Source: Bdellovibrionota bacterium (GTDB lineage: Bacteria; Bdellovibrionota_C; UBA2361; JBGSMV01). Taken from it: DNA of 64,000 nt. Under the pieces are notes generated by a model, which was not told where the DNA came from, did no database searches, and saw only the letters and a list, made by a program, of their open reading frames with translations. How positions within the stretch are numbered: the first letter of the stretch is position 1; each line of letters starts with the position of its first letter. The DNA is taken from positions 3,972 through 67,971 of the forward strand of contig JBGSMV010000047.1 of NCBI GenBank assembly GCA_041739995.1. The letters run 5' to 3'. The translations under genes and the position numbers were made by a program. Of this stretch, positions 9,869 through 20,346 are shown one piece after another.

Positions 9869-10423
9869 ATGTCACGATCGTTTGAGCAATCTTTGTGGTG
9901 TATTATCGGTGCAGCTTTATCACCAGTGGTGCTGATTGCCCCGAGTTACGCCACTCAATACCTCAGCATAGAGGAGGCTAAGCAGGTTTGTTTTCCCACC
10001 GCGACACACTTCGATGGCGCCACTTTAACGCTCTCTGATGAGCAGCAGGACCAAATCGAATTATTGAGCGGCATAAGACCGCCCTCCTCAACAGTAAGAA
10101 CCTGGCGCGCTTTCATCGATTCTGAACTGATTGGAACCCTCCTGCTCGACCATGTGATCGGTAAGCATCTCCTCATCGACTACGTGCTTGCGATTAATCC
10201 TGATGGCTCCGTCAAACAGATTGAAATACTCGAGTATCGAGAAAACTATGGTGACGAAGTTCGTAACGCCGCATGGCGCGAAGCATTCGTAGGAAAGACC
10301 GTCGATTCACGCCTAGAACTTAGGGAGGACATTCCTAGAATTTCAGGTGCCACCTACTCCACGCTCCATGTCACCGAAGGAGTTCGCCGACTTTTGAGAA
10401 CCTATGCAGTACTCTTCAAATAA
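9869..10423 (+). CDS. FMN-binding domain protein (flavinylation substrate) with N-terminal membrane anchor
   Basis: N-terminal hydrophobic anchor, then an FMN_bind-type domain ending in the flavinylation motif DIPRISGATYSTLHVTEGV (SGAT, with Thr as the acceptor). Confidence 0.6.
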   Translation: MSRSFEQSLWCIIGAALSPVVLIAPSYATQYLSIEEAKQVCFPTATHFDGATLTLSDEQQDQIELLSGIRPPSSTVRTWRAFIDSELIGTLLLDHVIGKHLLIDYVLAINPDGSVKQIEILEYRENYGDEVRNAAWREAFVGKTVDSRLELREDIPRISGATYSTLHVTEGVRRLLRTYAVLFK

Positions 10424-11345
10424 CATAACGCGCGCGCGCCCTTTGCTTGGCACTCTTGTTGAAATTCAAGTGGGTGGCGTGCACACCCGCGCTGCTCACG
10501 ATGCGATCGACAAAGCTTTTGCTCAATTTCAGCTTGTGCATAACCTCATGAGTTTTCATCAGCCGCAAAGTGACCTTTCCCGGATAAATGCCGCCAAGCT
10601 TGGCGAAGAAGTTGCAGTGCACGCTTGGACTGCTCAGGTTCTGCAATTCTGCCTTGAACTCAACCGCACCTCTTTTGGCGCTTTCGACCCTGGCATCGCG
10701 CCGCTCTTGATGAATAGCGGCCTTTTACCTAATAGTCTGGGTGCGAAACCTAAAATGGCGTGCGGGTCAATTTCAGAGGGGAGCTCTATTCGAAACCTCT
10801 CCATTTCTCGCGTGGCTCACTGCGTGAATGAATCCGTAATTGTAAAGAAGAGCGCTGCTTGCATTCTAGATCTCGGAGGTTGCGCCAAGGGGTTTGCCGT
10901 AGACTGTGCGATAGCGGCACTTCAGGAAGCGGGCATTCCCTTCGGGCTCGCTAATGCGGGCGGAGACCTGCGCTGTTTTGGAGACCACACCTTCCCAGTA
11001 GTTTTTCGAGCTGCGCGTGAACAGGGCATGTTCGATGGGCGTATAAACCTGAAGAACCAAGCACTCGCGACTTCCGCCCTAACCTTTACCGCTCCGCTTA
11101 GCCCCATTCTGGACCCTCGCACGCAGATCGCGCTGCACTTTGACCACAGCGTGTCAGTCCTGGCCCCGAGCGCCCTAGTTGCCGATGCGCTTACCAAGGT
11201 AGTAATAGTTGACTCTTTGGAGGCCCTACCGCTGCTTTCAAAGTACCAAGCGCTATGGCTGCAACACGAGATGCTCAGCTATCAGCAAAGTGATTCTGCG
11301 CAAAACAACGATGCCGTTGAGGCGAGCTCTCTCCATGAAACTTAG
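10404..11345 (+). CDS. apbE: FAD:protein FMN transferase
   Basis: ApbE hallmarks are present: N-terminal LLGTLVEIQV (MGT-type), SRIN, GAFDP and LDLGGCAKGFAVD. It overlaps the upstream FMN-binding gene by 20 nt. Confidence 0.7.
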   Translation: MQYSSNNITRARPLLGTLVEIQVGGVHTRAAHDAIDKAFAQFQLVHNLMSFHQPQSDLSRINAAKLGEEVAVHAWTAQVLQFCLELNRTSFGAFDPGIAPLLMNSGLLPNSLGAKPKMACGSISEGSSIRNLSISRVAHCVNESVIVKKSAACILDLGGCAKGFAVDCAIAALQEAGIPFGLANAGGDLRCFGDHTFPVVFRAAREQGMFDGRINLKNQALATSALTFTAPLSPILDPRTQIALHFDHSVSVLAPSALVADALTKVVIVDSLEALPLLSKYQALWLQHEMLSYQQSDSAQNNDAVEASSLHET

Positions 11346-11763
11346 TAAGTCTCAAAAAGTCATTCTCTACGTTTTATGCTCTGCACTCTTTATTAGCGGC
11401 GCAGCCAAAGCACTCTATCAATACATCCTGCAACCGGACGGCCCCTTCACTCCTGGATACTCCGAACTAGAACAAGTCTGGCTCACCGCACACGGCATCC
11501 TCTCTCCGCTATACCTTGTGGCACTTGGCGCATTGATTCCAGTGCACATGAAGCGTAGCTGGGCAGCAGGACGAAACCAGGCTTCAGGGGTGTTCATCGT
11601 GACCATTCATCTCGTGCTGATTGCAACTGGCCTCGGCCTCTACTACGCAGGCACAGAGTCGCTGCGCGCCATTAGTGTGTCGGTGCACCTTTGGATTGGT
11701 CTAGGGCTACCTTTGATACTGATTGGGCATGTGCTGCTGGGTCGAACAAGTCGAAAGTTCTAG
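11335..11763 (+). CDS. small polytopic membrane protein with His-rich TM helices (DUF4405-like putative di-heme b-type carrier)
   Basis: 142 aa with four TM helices carrying conserved His (AHGIL, PVHMK, TIHLVL, SVHLWIG, IGHVLLG). Its ATG overlaps the apbE stop by 11 nt, and the stop codon TAG lies inside the first CTAG of the MITE copy at 11761. Confidence 0.4.
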   Translation: MKLSKSQKVILYVLCSALFISGAAKALYQYILQPDGPFTPGYSELEQVWLTAHGILSPLYLVALGALIPVHMKRSWAAGRNQASGVFIVTIHLVLIATGLGLYYAGTESLRAISVSVHLWIGLGLPLILIGHVLLGRTSRKF

Positions 11764-11884
11764 GAGTCTGAGACATAGGCACAGACGACGTCCCGCGGAA
11801 GCCTCTTGAAATTAAATGGCAGCACTAGAACGTGCGAGCGAAGGCGGACCCTCATAAACAAGACTATGTCATAGACTCCTAAGC
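11761..11884. repeat. MITE-like element, copy A (internally deleted relative to copy B, opposite orientation)
   Basis: Left end ctaggagtctgagacatagg and right end ctatgtcatagactcctaag are inverted ends. The interior (ggcacagacgacgtcccgc ... aattaaatggcagcac ... gcgagcgaaggcggaccct) matches the reverse complement of the 28162-28360 copy. Confidence 0.6.
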
Positions 11885-11919
11885 CTGCATGGGTCCTGCT
11901 TCTTATCGCCATCAAATCA

Positions 11920-13389
11920 TCAATGTGCAAGTAGAGGGTGGGATTCAATCTTCTCGCGTAACGCTGAGAGCTCAGGAAACTGAGCGTCTATTGCCGAAAC
12001 GCGGGCGAGTTCACGACTTGCCTCCATCATTTGCGAAGCATCACTTCTCATGCTCCCTCTGGTAGCAAGCGCCTTGGCCTTTTCAAAAGTAAGCTGCAAC
12101 ATGACTTTACTTTTCCAAGGCTGCCGTTCCTCTTCTGGTATCGTAGCCTGCACCCGTTCACAAACGGCGAGCACCTCCTCCACCCTACCCATCTGCGCAA
12201 AAGCTCTCACAAGCAGCACCAACGTTTCACGCGAAGAACCATCAAGCGCGAGTGAGCGCTGGAGACTCGACACTGCAACTTCCGCAGAGTCTGGTACCCG
12301 TAAATGGAGCGCTCCAAGATCTCGATAAAGCATAGCTGCATCCGGATCCACCTCAACTCTGCGTTTCATCTCAGCAATTCTAAGCCCGAGCAGCCGCGCT
12401 CTAGCCTCATCACTCAATCCACCCGGTTCCTTCGACCGTAGCCGCGCCTCCTCGACTTTCACTCGCAAATCACTTGCCTGGTGAAATACTCTTTTCTCTC
12501 GCGTCTCTTCGTAGGCATTCTCAAGTACTCTTAATGCTTCGGTCTCATTTCCCGCTTGAAGCAGCCGCGAAACATATTTTTCTACCGCTTGGAGATGTTT
12601 GGGGTTCTCAAGGTACTCAGCCCGTGAGATCTTTAATTGCTCGTCAAGCGATTCACTCGACAGAACCCGTTGCTCAGCCTCTCTCGCAGCTCTTTGACCC
12701 GCTGAATCTCTCACTAGTTCCCTAAAGCCACCGCCCTCGCGAGCGGAAACGGCCTTAAGCTCGAAGAGCTTACTCTCAATTTCAGTTCCAATTTTTGAAA
12801 TTTCAGCAAAGTCTTTAGCACCAGAGAAATGATTAAGGTTGTCTCGAACAATCTTGCCAGCCCTATCGAAATCGTCGGCCGACATCAGAATTCGAATAGC
12901 TCTGATAAAGACTGGGCTCTGCTTACGAAGCTGTGCGGTATCCAAGGTCACACGCTCAATAACTGACGACGCGATCGCTGCTGCCGGCGCTTTGAGCTCC
13001 AGCTTTAGGGCCTCGTCGGCAGCCTGCAATAGCACGGTTCCGTCACATTTCCTTTTGAGCGCTTCGCTCAGACTTCGAATGAATGGCTCGGCAGTAAGAT
13101 CCATGCCTCGTGGCCGTTTCACCGCACCCACCGCCTGAACCAACACTTCCGAAGTGAGACGAACCGCCGATTGCAGCAAGGCGCTCACCTTATCCGCTCT
13201 AGTGCAATCAAGGCTCAGTCCATAGAGAATATAGACTACTTTGTTCATTGGATTGGATGAGCCATCGGCGCGCTGGAACTGCTCTTCCGCTCCCGCCGCA
13301 TCTACCCTTAAAGCTACGGGGATTCCATAGCCTTCGGGACGGGGCCCAGAGCTCGGCTGCAGCGGGTAACCTGGTTCGGAAGCCGGCAT
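11920..13389 (-). CDS. hypothetical alpha-helical (TPR-like) protein
   Basis: 489-aa ORF rich in Ala/Leu/Arg/Glu helical repeats of the ALRVLENAYEE / LYRDLGALHL type. No catalytic motif is seen. Confidence 0.3.
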   Translation of the reverse strand: MPASEPGYPLQPSSGPRPEGYGIPVALRVDAAGAEEQFQRADGSSNPMNKVVYILYGLSLDCTRADKVSALLQSAVRLTSEVLVQAVGAVKRPRGMDLTAEPFIRSLSEALKRKCDGTVLLQAADEALKLELKAPAAAIASSVIERVTLDTAQLRKQSPVFIRAIRILMSADDFDRAGKIVRDNLNHFSGAKDFAEISKIGTEIESKLFELKAVSAREGGGFRELVRDSAGQRAAREAEQRVLSSESLDEQLKISRAEYLENPKHLQAVEKYVSRLLQAGNETEALRVLENAYEETREKRVFHQASDLRVKVEEARLRSKEPGGLSDEARARLLGLRIAEMKRRVEVDPDAAMLYRDLGALHLRVPDSAEVAVSSLQRSLALDGSSRETLVLLVRAFAQMGRVEEVLAVCERVQATIPEEERQPWKSKVMLQLTFEKAKALATRGSMRSDASQMMEASRELARVSAIDAQFPELSALREKIESHPLLAH

Positions 13390-13625
13390 TGATATCTCCT
13401 ATAAATTTGTGCACAGAAGCGCACGCCGCCTCTGAGCGCCTAAAGCGCCCATGCGTGAATAGAAGCAAAAATATGTCGTTGCTGAGATCTAACCAAACGG
13501 ATTCTACAACTTTCGGTTCTGCGGGCCGGGAGTTGTACGAATTGCTCTGTAGAAAGCAGTAGAGCTTCGCAGCAGCCATTGGTTCAGCCAAGAATTTTTT
13601 GGCAGGCAGCTGTACGTAGAACTAC

Positions 13626-14582
13626 TTAAAAGAACCAGCGAAACTTAACGTCTGAAAACTTATTCAACAGCCGGATGGTATGTACTAAAGATCCAAACTC
13701 TTCGTATAGCTCTTGAACAATTTCGGTGACCTCTTGTGGATGAGTTACTTCTACGCCGACTTCAAAATCCCATGACCCTATACATTCAATCAGATAGACC
13801 ACATTGCGGTGTTGTTCGCAGAATCTTCCCAAGCCACGGGCAAGCTCTAAATTCATTCCCTTCGCGTAGACCAACAGCTTGTAACCTTGCATGCCAAAAG
13901 CAGCACAATTAACTGCGAGAATCTGCCCAACGATAACTCCGGCCTCTTTCAACTTAGTCACCCTCAGCTCGAAAGTAGAAAGCGGAATGTGGAGCTTGAG
14001 TGCAATTTGCCGATGGGAGTCCTGGCCGTGCGAAGCCAGGCCAGTGAGGATTTTTCGGTCGAGATCGTCTATCTCAACTATCTCGCGGGTGTAACGACAG
14101 GTCAGTGGTTTTACGGAGAAGCGCTTAGACGAAAGGTATTTGCGGTGGTAAACGGTCACACTTGACTGGATAGCGACCGACTTTTCGAAGAACACATTCT
14201 GATATTTCTTGGAAAGCTGCGCGAGCAGATCCAGGGCGGTCCCGATGTGCGTCCCTACCACTGCAATACCGTACTGATATTCGCCGCCGAACTCTCCGAC
14301 CCAAACGACTTCAGGTGCATCGATAAGCGCTTTCAGCAAGCCCTGCCGAGCGCTGCGCTTTTCGGCGCCTACCGAAAAAAAGATATTAAAAATCGTGTGC
14401 CCAAGGATTTGGAGATTTACCAGCGGAATTGGAGTGGCGACTTCCCGTTGGATGAGACGACGCAACGCATATCGAATCGTATGTTCTCGAAGGCCGGTCT
14501 CCTTGCGTAGTAGAGGCATTGGAGCCTCGACTTGCAACTCAGCTGCAGCGAGCACTACGCGTTCCTTATCGGTAAGTTTCAT
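13626..14582 (-). CDS. Lrp/AsnC-family transcriptional regulator with two tandem HTH plus RAM modules
   Basis: Two successive Lrp/AsnC-like units (KERVVLAAAELQVEAPMPLLRKETGLREHTIRYALRRL... and LDRKILTGLASHGQDSHRQIALKLHIPLSTFELRVTKLKEAGVI...). Probable start is the ATG encoding MKLTDKE at 14580-14582. Confidence 0.55.
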   Translation of the reverse strand: MKLTDKERVVLAAAELQVEAPMPLLRKETGLREHTIRYALRRLIQREVATPIPLVNLQILGHTIFNIFFSVGAEKRSARQGLLKALIDAPEVVWVGEFGGEYQYGIAVVGTHIGTALDLLAQLSKKYQNVFFEKSVAIQSSVTVYHRKYLSSKRFSVKPLTCRYTREIVEIDDLDRKILTGLASHGQDSHRQIALKLHIPLSTFELRVTKLKEAGVIVGQILAVNCAAFGMQGYKLLVYAKGMNLELARGLGRFCEQHRNVVYLIECIGSWDFEVGVEVTHPQEVTEIVQELYEEFGSLVHTIRLLNKFSDVKFRWFF

Positions 14583-14848
14583 GAAGACTCTCCCTCTACA
14601 GAAATACAAGCTATTAGTGCCCGCAACGCACAGGGACTGCAAGAGTATTGGTGGAAGCCAGGAGGTCACAACCAACGCATGCGCTTAAAGAGGACCGCTT
14701 GCACAGATCCAGGCTCGCACTTCACTCAACTGGAGGCGCGCCACCACCGCAGCCATCCAAAAGGTAGGCGGTATTCAGTCCAGCATTTTTCTCGACTCGC
14801 GCTTCCTCACTAAACTTAGAAGAACCCGAGCTTGTCGCTCAATTCGTT

Positions 14849-15283
14849 TTAGGCCGTACCTTTGGGCCAGACCAATATCATCGCCCCAGCAGCGAGCCCT
14901 CCAAACACGTGCGCATGTGAAGTGTCCCCAGTGCTATTGGTTAGTACAAACCCAAGTATTGCGCAGGTTTCCATGAGCGCCAGTGACACAATATGTGCGG
15001 TGAAGCGCTGCTGACGAGGATTCTTTGAAGGGACCTTCAAAAGTACAGACCGCAGGAAGAACGCAACGCACAGCATGCCAATCGCCACAACACTGAGCGC
15101 CGTAGTCGCCACTGCAGCACCCTCCTTAGGTTCCACAAGAGGAAACATCCCGACTGTGTGTCCGAGCGCGAACAGCAGTGTCGAGGCAAGCATTGCAAAT
15201 GAGATAACCAAAATTTGCTGATTACCCCTTGGCTGCAGGCCGGACTGCGAAGATCCAATTTCATTTCCCATCATATTGCTCAC
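14849..15283 (-). CDS. hypothetical small membrane protein (about 4 TM)
   Basis: 144-aa ORF with four hydrophobic segments and no recognisable motif. Confidence 0.3.
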   Translation of the reverse strand: MSNMMGNEIGSSQSGLQPRGNQQILVISFAMLASTLLFALGHTVGMFPLVEPKEGAAVATTALSVVAIGMLCVAFFLRSVLLKVPSKNPRQQRFTAHIVSLALMETCAILGFVLTNSTGDTSHAHVFGGLAAGAMILVWPKGTA

Positions 15284-15398
15284 AGGAATACCTCACGAAA
15301 GTGTTCCGAAGACGATGCGCTGCGAAGCGCGTTAATGAGAAGAATTACAAGCCTTTTGGGGCGGAAGAAAGTAGTCAATTACTTGCTGCGAATTCGGG

Positions 15399-16094
15399 CT
15401 ACGGCAAATCAAACACAAGCAGCTCTGCCTCAGCATTGCCCCGGATCGAACAAAGGCGCTCTTCAGACACCGCTAAGCCATCTCCGGCGGAGAGTGCGAC
15501 ACCCATCACAGAACTGGTGCCACGCACGCACTGAACCCACAGCGAGCGCTCGATCTCAATCGACATCTCGAGCGAAGAGTCCGTAGAAAGCAAAAGTGAA
15601 TAAAGCCTAACGTCTTGATTAACCACCAGCGATCCTTGCTCCCCGGTTCGACTGACCACCAAGCGCGGCTCTCCCACCGTTTGATCGGGAAATGCTTTTT
15701 GATCATAACTAGACGGGAGATTCTGCGCCTCTGGAAGCAGCCAGATTTGATAGAGATGTAGCGACTCGGTCTCTGAAGGGTTGAACTCACTATGAGTTAC
15801 CCCTCGACCTGCAGACATGCGTTGAAACTCTCCGGCTTTAATTTCTGAACCATTACCCATGCTATCTTTGTGGGCCAGGCGTCCCTCTAACACGTAGGTG
15901 ATAATTTCCATGTTGCGATGCGGATGGGTATCGAAGCCCTTCCCAGGAGCTACTCTATCCTCATTCATCACGCGCAGAACGCGAAAACCCATGTGATCAG
16001 GATCGTGGTAGCTTCCAAATGAAAATGTGTGCTTAGCCTGGAGCCAGCCGTGGTCAGCAGAGCCCCTTTCGTCAGAACGCCTTAGATATTTCAT
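15399..16094 (-). CDS. pirin-family protein (bicupin)
   Basis: N-terminal cupin His motif (HPHRNMEIITYVLEG) and HTFSFGSYHDP are typical of pirin/YhhW-type proteins. Confidence 0.7.
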   Translation of the reverse strand: MKYLRRSDERGSADHGWLQAKHTFSFGSYHDPDHMGFRVLRVMNEDRVAPGKGFDTHPHRNMEIITYVLEGRLAHKDSMGNGSEIKAGEFQRMSAGRGVTHSEFNPSETESLHLYQIWLLPEAQNLPSSYDQKAFPDQTVGEPRLVVSRTGEQGSLVVNQDVRLYSLLLSTDSSLEMSIEIERSLWVQCVRGTSSVMGVALSAGDGLAVSEERLCSIRGNAEAELLVFDLP

Positions 16095-16154
16095 GCAGCA
16101 GCCCTTCGAGGAGAATTCTAGGACTTAGCCAACACAGCCTCAGCCCACAGAGCC

Positions 16155-17585
16155 TCAGCCCACAGAGCCTTCCATCTCAAGTTCAATGAGGCGGTTTAAT
16201 TCGACCGCATACTCAAGCGGCAACTCTTTAGAGATTGGTTCAATGAATCCGCGCACAATCATCGCACTTGCTTCCTCTTCAGGAATGCCACGACTCATCA
16301 AATAGAAGAGCTGTTCCTCCGAGATTTTCGAAACGCTCGCTTCGTGTCCAATGCTCGAGCGTTTTTCTTGAATCTCGATGTAGGGATACGTATCGGTTCG
16401 GCTGTTCTCATCCAACAATAGAGCGTCGCACTCCACGTTCGACTTCGCGCCCACTGCGCCGCTATACACCTTACACAGACCACGATAGCTCGAACGACCG
16501 CTGCCCTTACTGATGGACTTTGAAATAATGCGTGAGGTTGTGTTCGGCGCGGCATGAACGACCTTACCGCCAGCGTCTTGGTGCTGGCCGTCTTTGGCAA
16601 AGGCCACGCTCAATATCTCTCCATGCGCCCGGTCGCCAAGCAAATAAACTGCCGGGTATTTCATGGTGAGCTTGGAACCAAGATTCCCATCAATCCACTC
16701 CATGGTCGCATCTTGATAAGCAACTGCTCGCTTAGTGACCAAGTTGTATACATTGGTGGACCAGTTCTGAATCGTAGAATAGCGAAAGCGCGCGCCTTGT
16801 TTTACTACAATCTCAACAACCGCGCTGTGTAGCGAGTTAGAGCTATAGGTCGGAGCGGTGCAGCCTTCGATGTAGTGACCGTAGGCGCCTTCATCAACGA
16901 TGATGAGGGTACGCTCGAACTGGCCCATGTTTTCGGCATTAATTCTGAAATAAGCCTGAAGCGGCACATCGACATTCACTCCCTTGGGGATGTAGATGAA
17001 GCTTCCGCCGGACCACACCGCAGAATTCAACGCCGCAAACTTGTTGTCGCTCGGAGGAATAACGGAAGCCCAATATTGCTTGAAAAGATCAGGGACTTCC
17101 TTGAGCGCCATGTCGGTGTCCATGAAGATGACACCTTTGTCTTCCCATTCCTTCTTCAAGGAATGATAAACCACTTCACTCTCATACTGAGCGCCAACAC
17201 CCGCCAACACGGTTCTCTCGGCTTCGGGAATACCAAGACGATCAAAAGTGTTTTTGATATCGGCAGGAACATCCTCCCAAGTTCGACCCTGCTCCTGCAC
17301 TGGCTTCAGGTAGTAGTAAATTTGCTCGAAGTCCAAATCTTTGAGTGCGGGGCCACCCCAAGTCGGCATTGGTTTTGAAAGAAAAATATCCAGGCTCTGA
17401 TGCCTAAATGCACGCATCCAGTCTGGCTCGTTCTTATGATCTGAAATCTGATCAACAACGGCGTGATCGAGGCCTTTGCGAGTTTTAAATATCGGTGCCG
17501 ACGGGTCGCTGAATCCGTACTTATAGTCCTTACCGATCTCGCGGATGGCCTCTGCTTCGATTTCTGCGCGTCCTTGGCTTTCCAT
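16155..17585 (-). CDS. sufB: Fe-S cluster assembly protein SufB
   Basis: SufB-type N-terminus ([13 protein letters not shown]...EPDWMRAFR) and a conserved C-terminal beta-helix region ([28 protein letters not shown]). Length 476 aa. Confidence 0.8.
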   Translation of the reverse strand: MESQGRAEIEAEAIREIGKDYKYGFSDPSAPIFKTRKGLDHAVVDQISDHKNEPDWMRAFRHQSLDIFLSKPMPTWGGPALKDLDFEQIYYYLKPVQEQGRTWEDVPADIKNTFDRLGIPEAERTVLAGVGAQYESEVVYHSLKKEWEDKGVIFMDTDMALKEVPDLFKQYWASVIPPSDNKFAALNSAVWSGGSFIYIPKGVNVDVPLQAYFRINAENMGQFERTLIIVDEGAYGHYIEGCTAPTYSSNSLHSAVVEIVVKQGARFRYSTIQNWSTNVYNLVTKRAVAYQDATMEWIDGNLGSKLTMKYPAVYLLGDRAHGEILSVAFAKDGQHQDAGGKVVHAAPNTTSRIISKSISKGSGRSSYRGLCKVYSGAVGAKSNVECDALLLDENSRTDTYPYIEIQEKRSSIGHEASVSKISEEQLFYLMSRGIPEEEASAMIVRGFIEPISKELPLEYAVELNRLIELEMEGSVG

Positions 17586-17949
17586 TCTCTACATCGCCCT
17601 TATTTGACTGCCCTATACCGGGTCGCCGCTACAAATGCGCGGCAACCACCTTGAAGGCGCTAGCCCTCATATCCTAACTAAGCATCTCTCACTCAAAACA
17701 GCCGCACTCCATGAGACAGCTGCCACAAGCGAGAACCCGCCAGAAGGAGCCTAGTGTAGCTAATTCCACTCACACTACTCCAGCTATTGTTGAGTGTGTC
17801 ATTCAATTACTATTCTGTCAAACAAACCAGATTCTATCATATTGAAAAGATTTATATTCTCTGTCTGGGTCGCCCTTGCTCGGGCGTATTGCGGTGACAA
17901 ATAGTAACGACCACCATTATAGTTAAATAGTACACGGGAAATACTCTAC

Positions 17950-18333
17950 ATGCAGAACCAAGCTCCTACCAAAAAAACCATTCTCGTAGTCGAAGATGAT
18001 GGCGATATTCGTGCGGCACTTTCGACCATGCTCGAAGCACTCGGGTTTAATCATGCCTGCTTTGGTTCCGCGCGTGAGGCGCTCGAGGCGCTTGCTGGAC
18101 TACAAATTGACTTGGCGTTGCTCGACATCATGATGCCAGAAATGAATGGCTACGAGCTTCTGCGCGAGATTAAAAAAATTCCTCAGTACAAAGATTTACC
18201 TATCATAATGGTGACCGCCAAAGACCAGGACAGCGAGATCCTAGAAGGGTACCAGTTCGGAGCCGACTACTATATTACCAAGCCCTTCACTACCAAGCAG
18301 CTCGAATATGGCTTGAAGATTTTTTTAAGCTAG
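17950..18333 (+). CDS. single-domain response regulator (CheY-like receiver)
   Basis: ILVVEDDGDIR with the phospho-acceptor region LLDIMMPEMNG and MVTAKDQ...K form a complete REC domain with no output domain. Confidence 0.7.
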   Translation: MQNQAPTKKTILVVEDDGDIRAALSTMLEALGFNHACFGSAREALEALAGLQIDLALLDIMMPEMNGYELLREIKKIPQYKDLPIIMVTAKDQDSEILEGYQFGADYYITKPFTTKQLEYGLKIFLS

Positions 18334-18360
18334 TTCTTCCACCTCAACCTCAGTCACCAC

Positions 18361-19062
18361 ATGTTTGCTACCGTTGACTCACTGCACTTTGAACATCCGC
18401 GTGGATTCGTGGTGCTCGAAGGAGTGAACGGTGCAGGAAAATCAACTCTCCGTGACCGATTACAGGCCTTTCTTGTTGAGAAAGTACAGCGCGTCGTCTG
18501 TACCTTCGAACCCGGCGCCACTTCACAGGGCAAAGAACTAAGAAAGGCCCTTCTGTCGCACTCTGCCGGAAAGCTTGCCCCTCTTTCTGAACTGTTTCTC
18601 TTTGCTGCCGATCGACATGAGCACGTCACTCAGATTATCGACCCCGCCATCAAGCGTGGCGAGTTTGTGCTGTGCGACCGCTACCTGTACTCGACACTCG
18701 TGTTTCAAGGCTACGGTCGCGGCCTAGACCTCGCCGCAATCAACACGCTAAATGACTTGGCGGTCTGCGGGACCTTGCCCGATCTGGTCTTACTACTCGA
18801 CCTTGATCCTCTCGAAGGACTGGCGCGCACCAAGGCTCGCGCCAGTGCGGGAACTAAGAACTCTGGTCCGACCACCGAGGACGCTTTTGAACGCGAGCAC
18901 GCTGATTTTCAGCACAGGCTGCGTGATGGGTTTTTAAAAATCGCGAAAGAACGCCCCGAACCGTTTATTGTGATTGATGCCTCGCTCTCAGCCGATGAGG
19001 TTTTTCGCGTTGCGGCAAAAGCCCTTACCAGCCTTTTGCAGGCGAAATTGCCGCAAAAATAG
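18361..19062 (+). CDS. tmk: thymidylate (dTMP) kinase
   Basis: P-loop FVVLEGVNGAGKST, a DRYLYSTLVFQGYGRG LID-type region, and its position immediately upstream of holB. Confidence 0.75.
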   Translation: MFATVDSLHFEHPRGFVVLEGVNGAGKSTLRDRLQAFLVEKVQRVVCTFEPGATSQGKELRKALLSHSAGKLAPLSELFLFAADRHEHVTQIIDPAIKRGEFVLCDRYLYSTLVFQGYGRGLDLAAINTLNDLAVCGTLPDLVLLLDLDPLEGLARTKARASAGTKNSGPTTEDAFEREHADFQHRLRDGFLKIAKERPEPFIVIDASLSADEVFRVAAKALTSLLQAKLPQK

Positions 19063-19166
19063 CCCAGATATCACCTTAACTCCGTGGGCAAAGTACCGCA
19101 AAAAAGTACTCTCACCGCCCCATTTCCATTTCGACATTTACAGGTCTCTCGCGCTAGTGTTCACCC

Positions 19167-20198
19167 ATGCCGGAAGAGATCGTTGGACACCGCACACAAC
19201 GCGACGTACTAAGTCGCCTCTTTCACCAAGGCAAGCTGCCATCGACGATTCTGCTCGCCGGTCCAGGGGGGATTGGGAAGAGCCTGGCCGCCAAAGAACT
19301 CGCCAGAAGTTTAGTGTGCGAACACTCCGGCTCTCAGTCTCAATCTGGCTCTCGTTCGGAATACGGCGGATGCACGACTAGTGCGACTTGTCATGGGTGC
19401 CGCGTATTTGATGCGAGCAATCATCCTGACGTGCATTGGGTTTCTGTAGCAGATAAGGAACTCGCCAGCGTTGAGTCCTGTCGCGAACTACTCTTTTCTC
19501 TTCACCTCGCTCCACTGAGTGCGAAGGTTCGTGTCGTAGTATTCGATCAGGCCGAACGCTTAACTCTTGCGGTCGCCAATACTCTGCTGAAAATCCTAGA
19601 AGAGCCTCCCGCTAATACATACTTTATTCTGGTCGCGTCCAATGCCTCACGGCTACCACCGACGCTACTGTCGCGATGCCAAATCTGGTTTTTCGATGTT
19701 CTCACTGTCGCACAGATCAAAGAAATACTTTCGAGACAAGACACGCTCTCATCGGAAGAAATTAATGCGTTGGCACTTATAGCAGACGGTGCCCTTGAAG
19801 ACCTCGACCAGATTCGAGCGCACATTGGAGAGTGGCAGCGACTGTGCAGTGCTATCGATGAGATCATAGGCGGCTCAAGAGCCCAGGCAGCACTGCTTGC
19901 TTCGGAACTCAGCAAGAGCAAAGACTCCCTTCCCACCGCTTTGAAGCTCATTCGCATACATGCGAGACAGCGCCTTCTTCAGTATGCACATGAGGGCGCT
20001 TCGCGTCGCGAAGTGTCCAGCCGACTATCGGTTTTTGTCACAAACCTAATGAGCGCTGAGTACTTCCTTTTTGAGCGCAACCTCGCGCCCGTATCTGTAT
20101 TGTCAGTGATCTTCGACGCTTTAGCGGGCCAGTCCTACGCCGCGTTTACGAGCGTAACCAACAGTGCTACCGTTTTATCCAGAATTGCGGCGAGCTAG
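19167..20198 (+). CDS. holB: DNA polymerase III delta-prime subunit
   Basis: AAA+ clamp-loader box (LLAGPGGIGKSLA) followed by a Cys cluster (C-x-HSG... CTTSATCHGCRVF) and an SRC-like motif (LLSRCQ). Confidence 0.7.
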   Translation: MPEEIVGHRTQRDVLSRLFHQGKLPSTILLAGPGGIGKSLAAKELARSLVCEHSGSQSQSGSRSEYGGCTTSATCHGCRVFDASNHPDVHWVSVADKELASVESCRELLFSLHLAPLSAKVRVVVFDQAERLTLAVANTLLKILEEPPANTYFILVASNASRLPPTLLSRCQIWFFDVLTVAQIKEILSRQDTLSSEEINALALIADGALEDLDQIRAHIGEWQRLCSAIDEIIGGSRAQAALLASELSKSKDSLPTALKLIRIHARQRLLQYAHEGASRREVSSRLSVFVTNLMSAEYFLFERNLAPVSVLSVIFDALAGQSYAAFTSVTNSATVLSRIAAS

Positions 20199-20346
20199 AG
20201 CACTGCCGAGTCGAGCGTTGGCATGTCGAGAGAACTACGTGTGGCGTCATTTGATTACACCGCGAAACAAATATCGCTTAGGCGAAAACCTCTCTCACTT
20301 GAGTATAGCGATTTTAACTAGGCCCTTGATAATCAAAGAGCGAACT

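Noticed and set aside
12031-12328. Two small overlapping + strand ORFs.
   Set aside because: They are antisense within the 489-aa minus-strand gene and show no coding signal.
16875-17378. 167-aa ORF on the + strand.
   Set aside because: It is antisense inside sufB, whose identification is secure.
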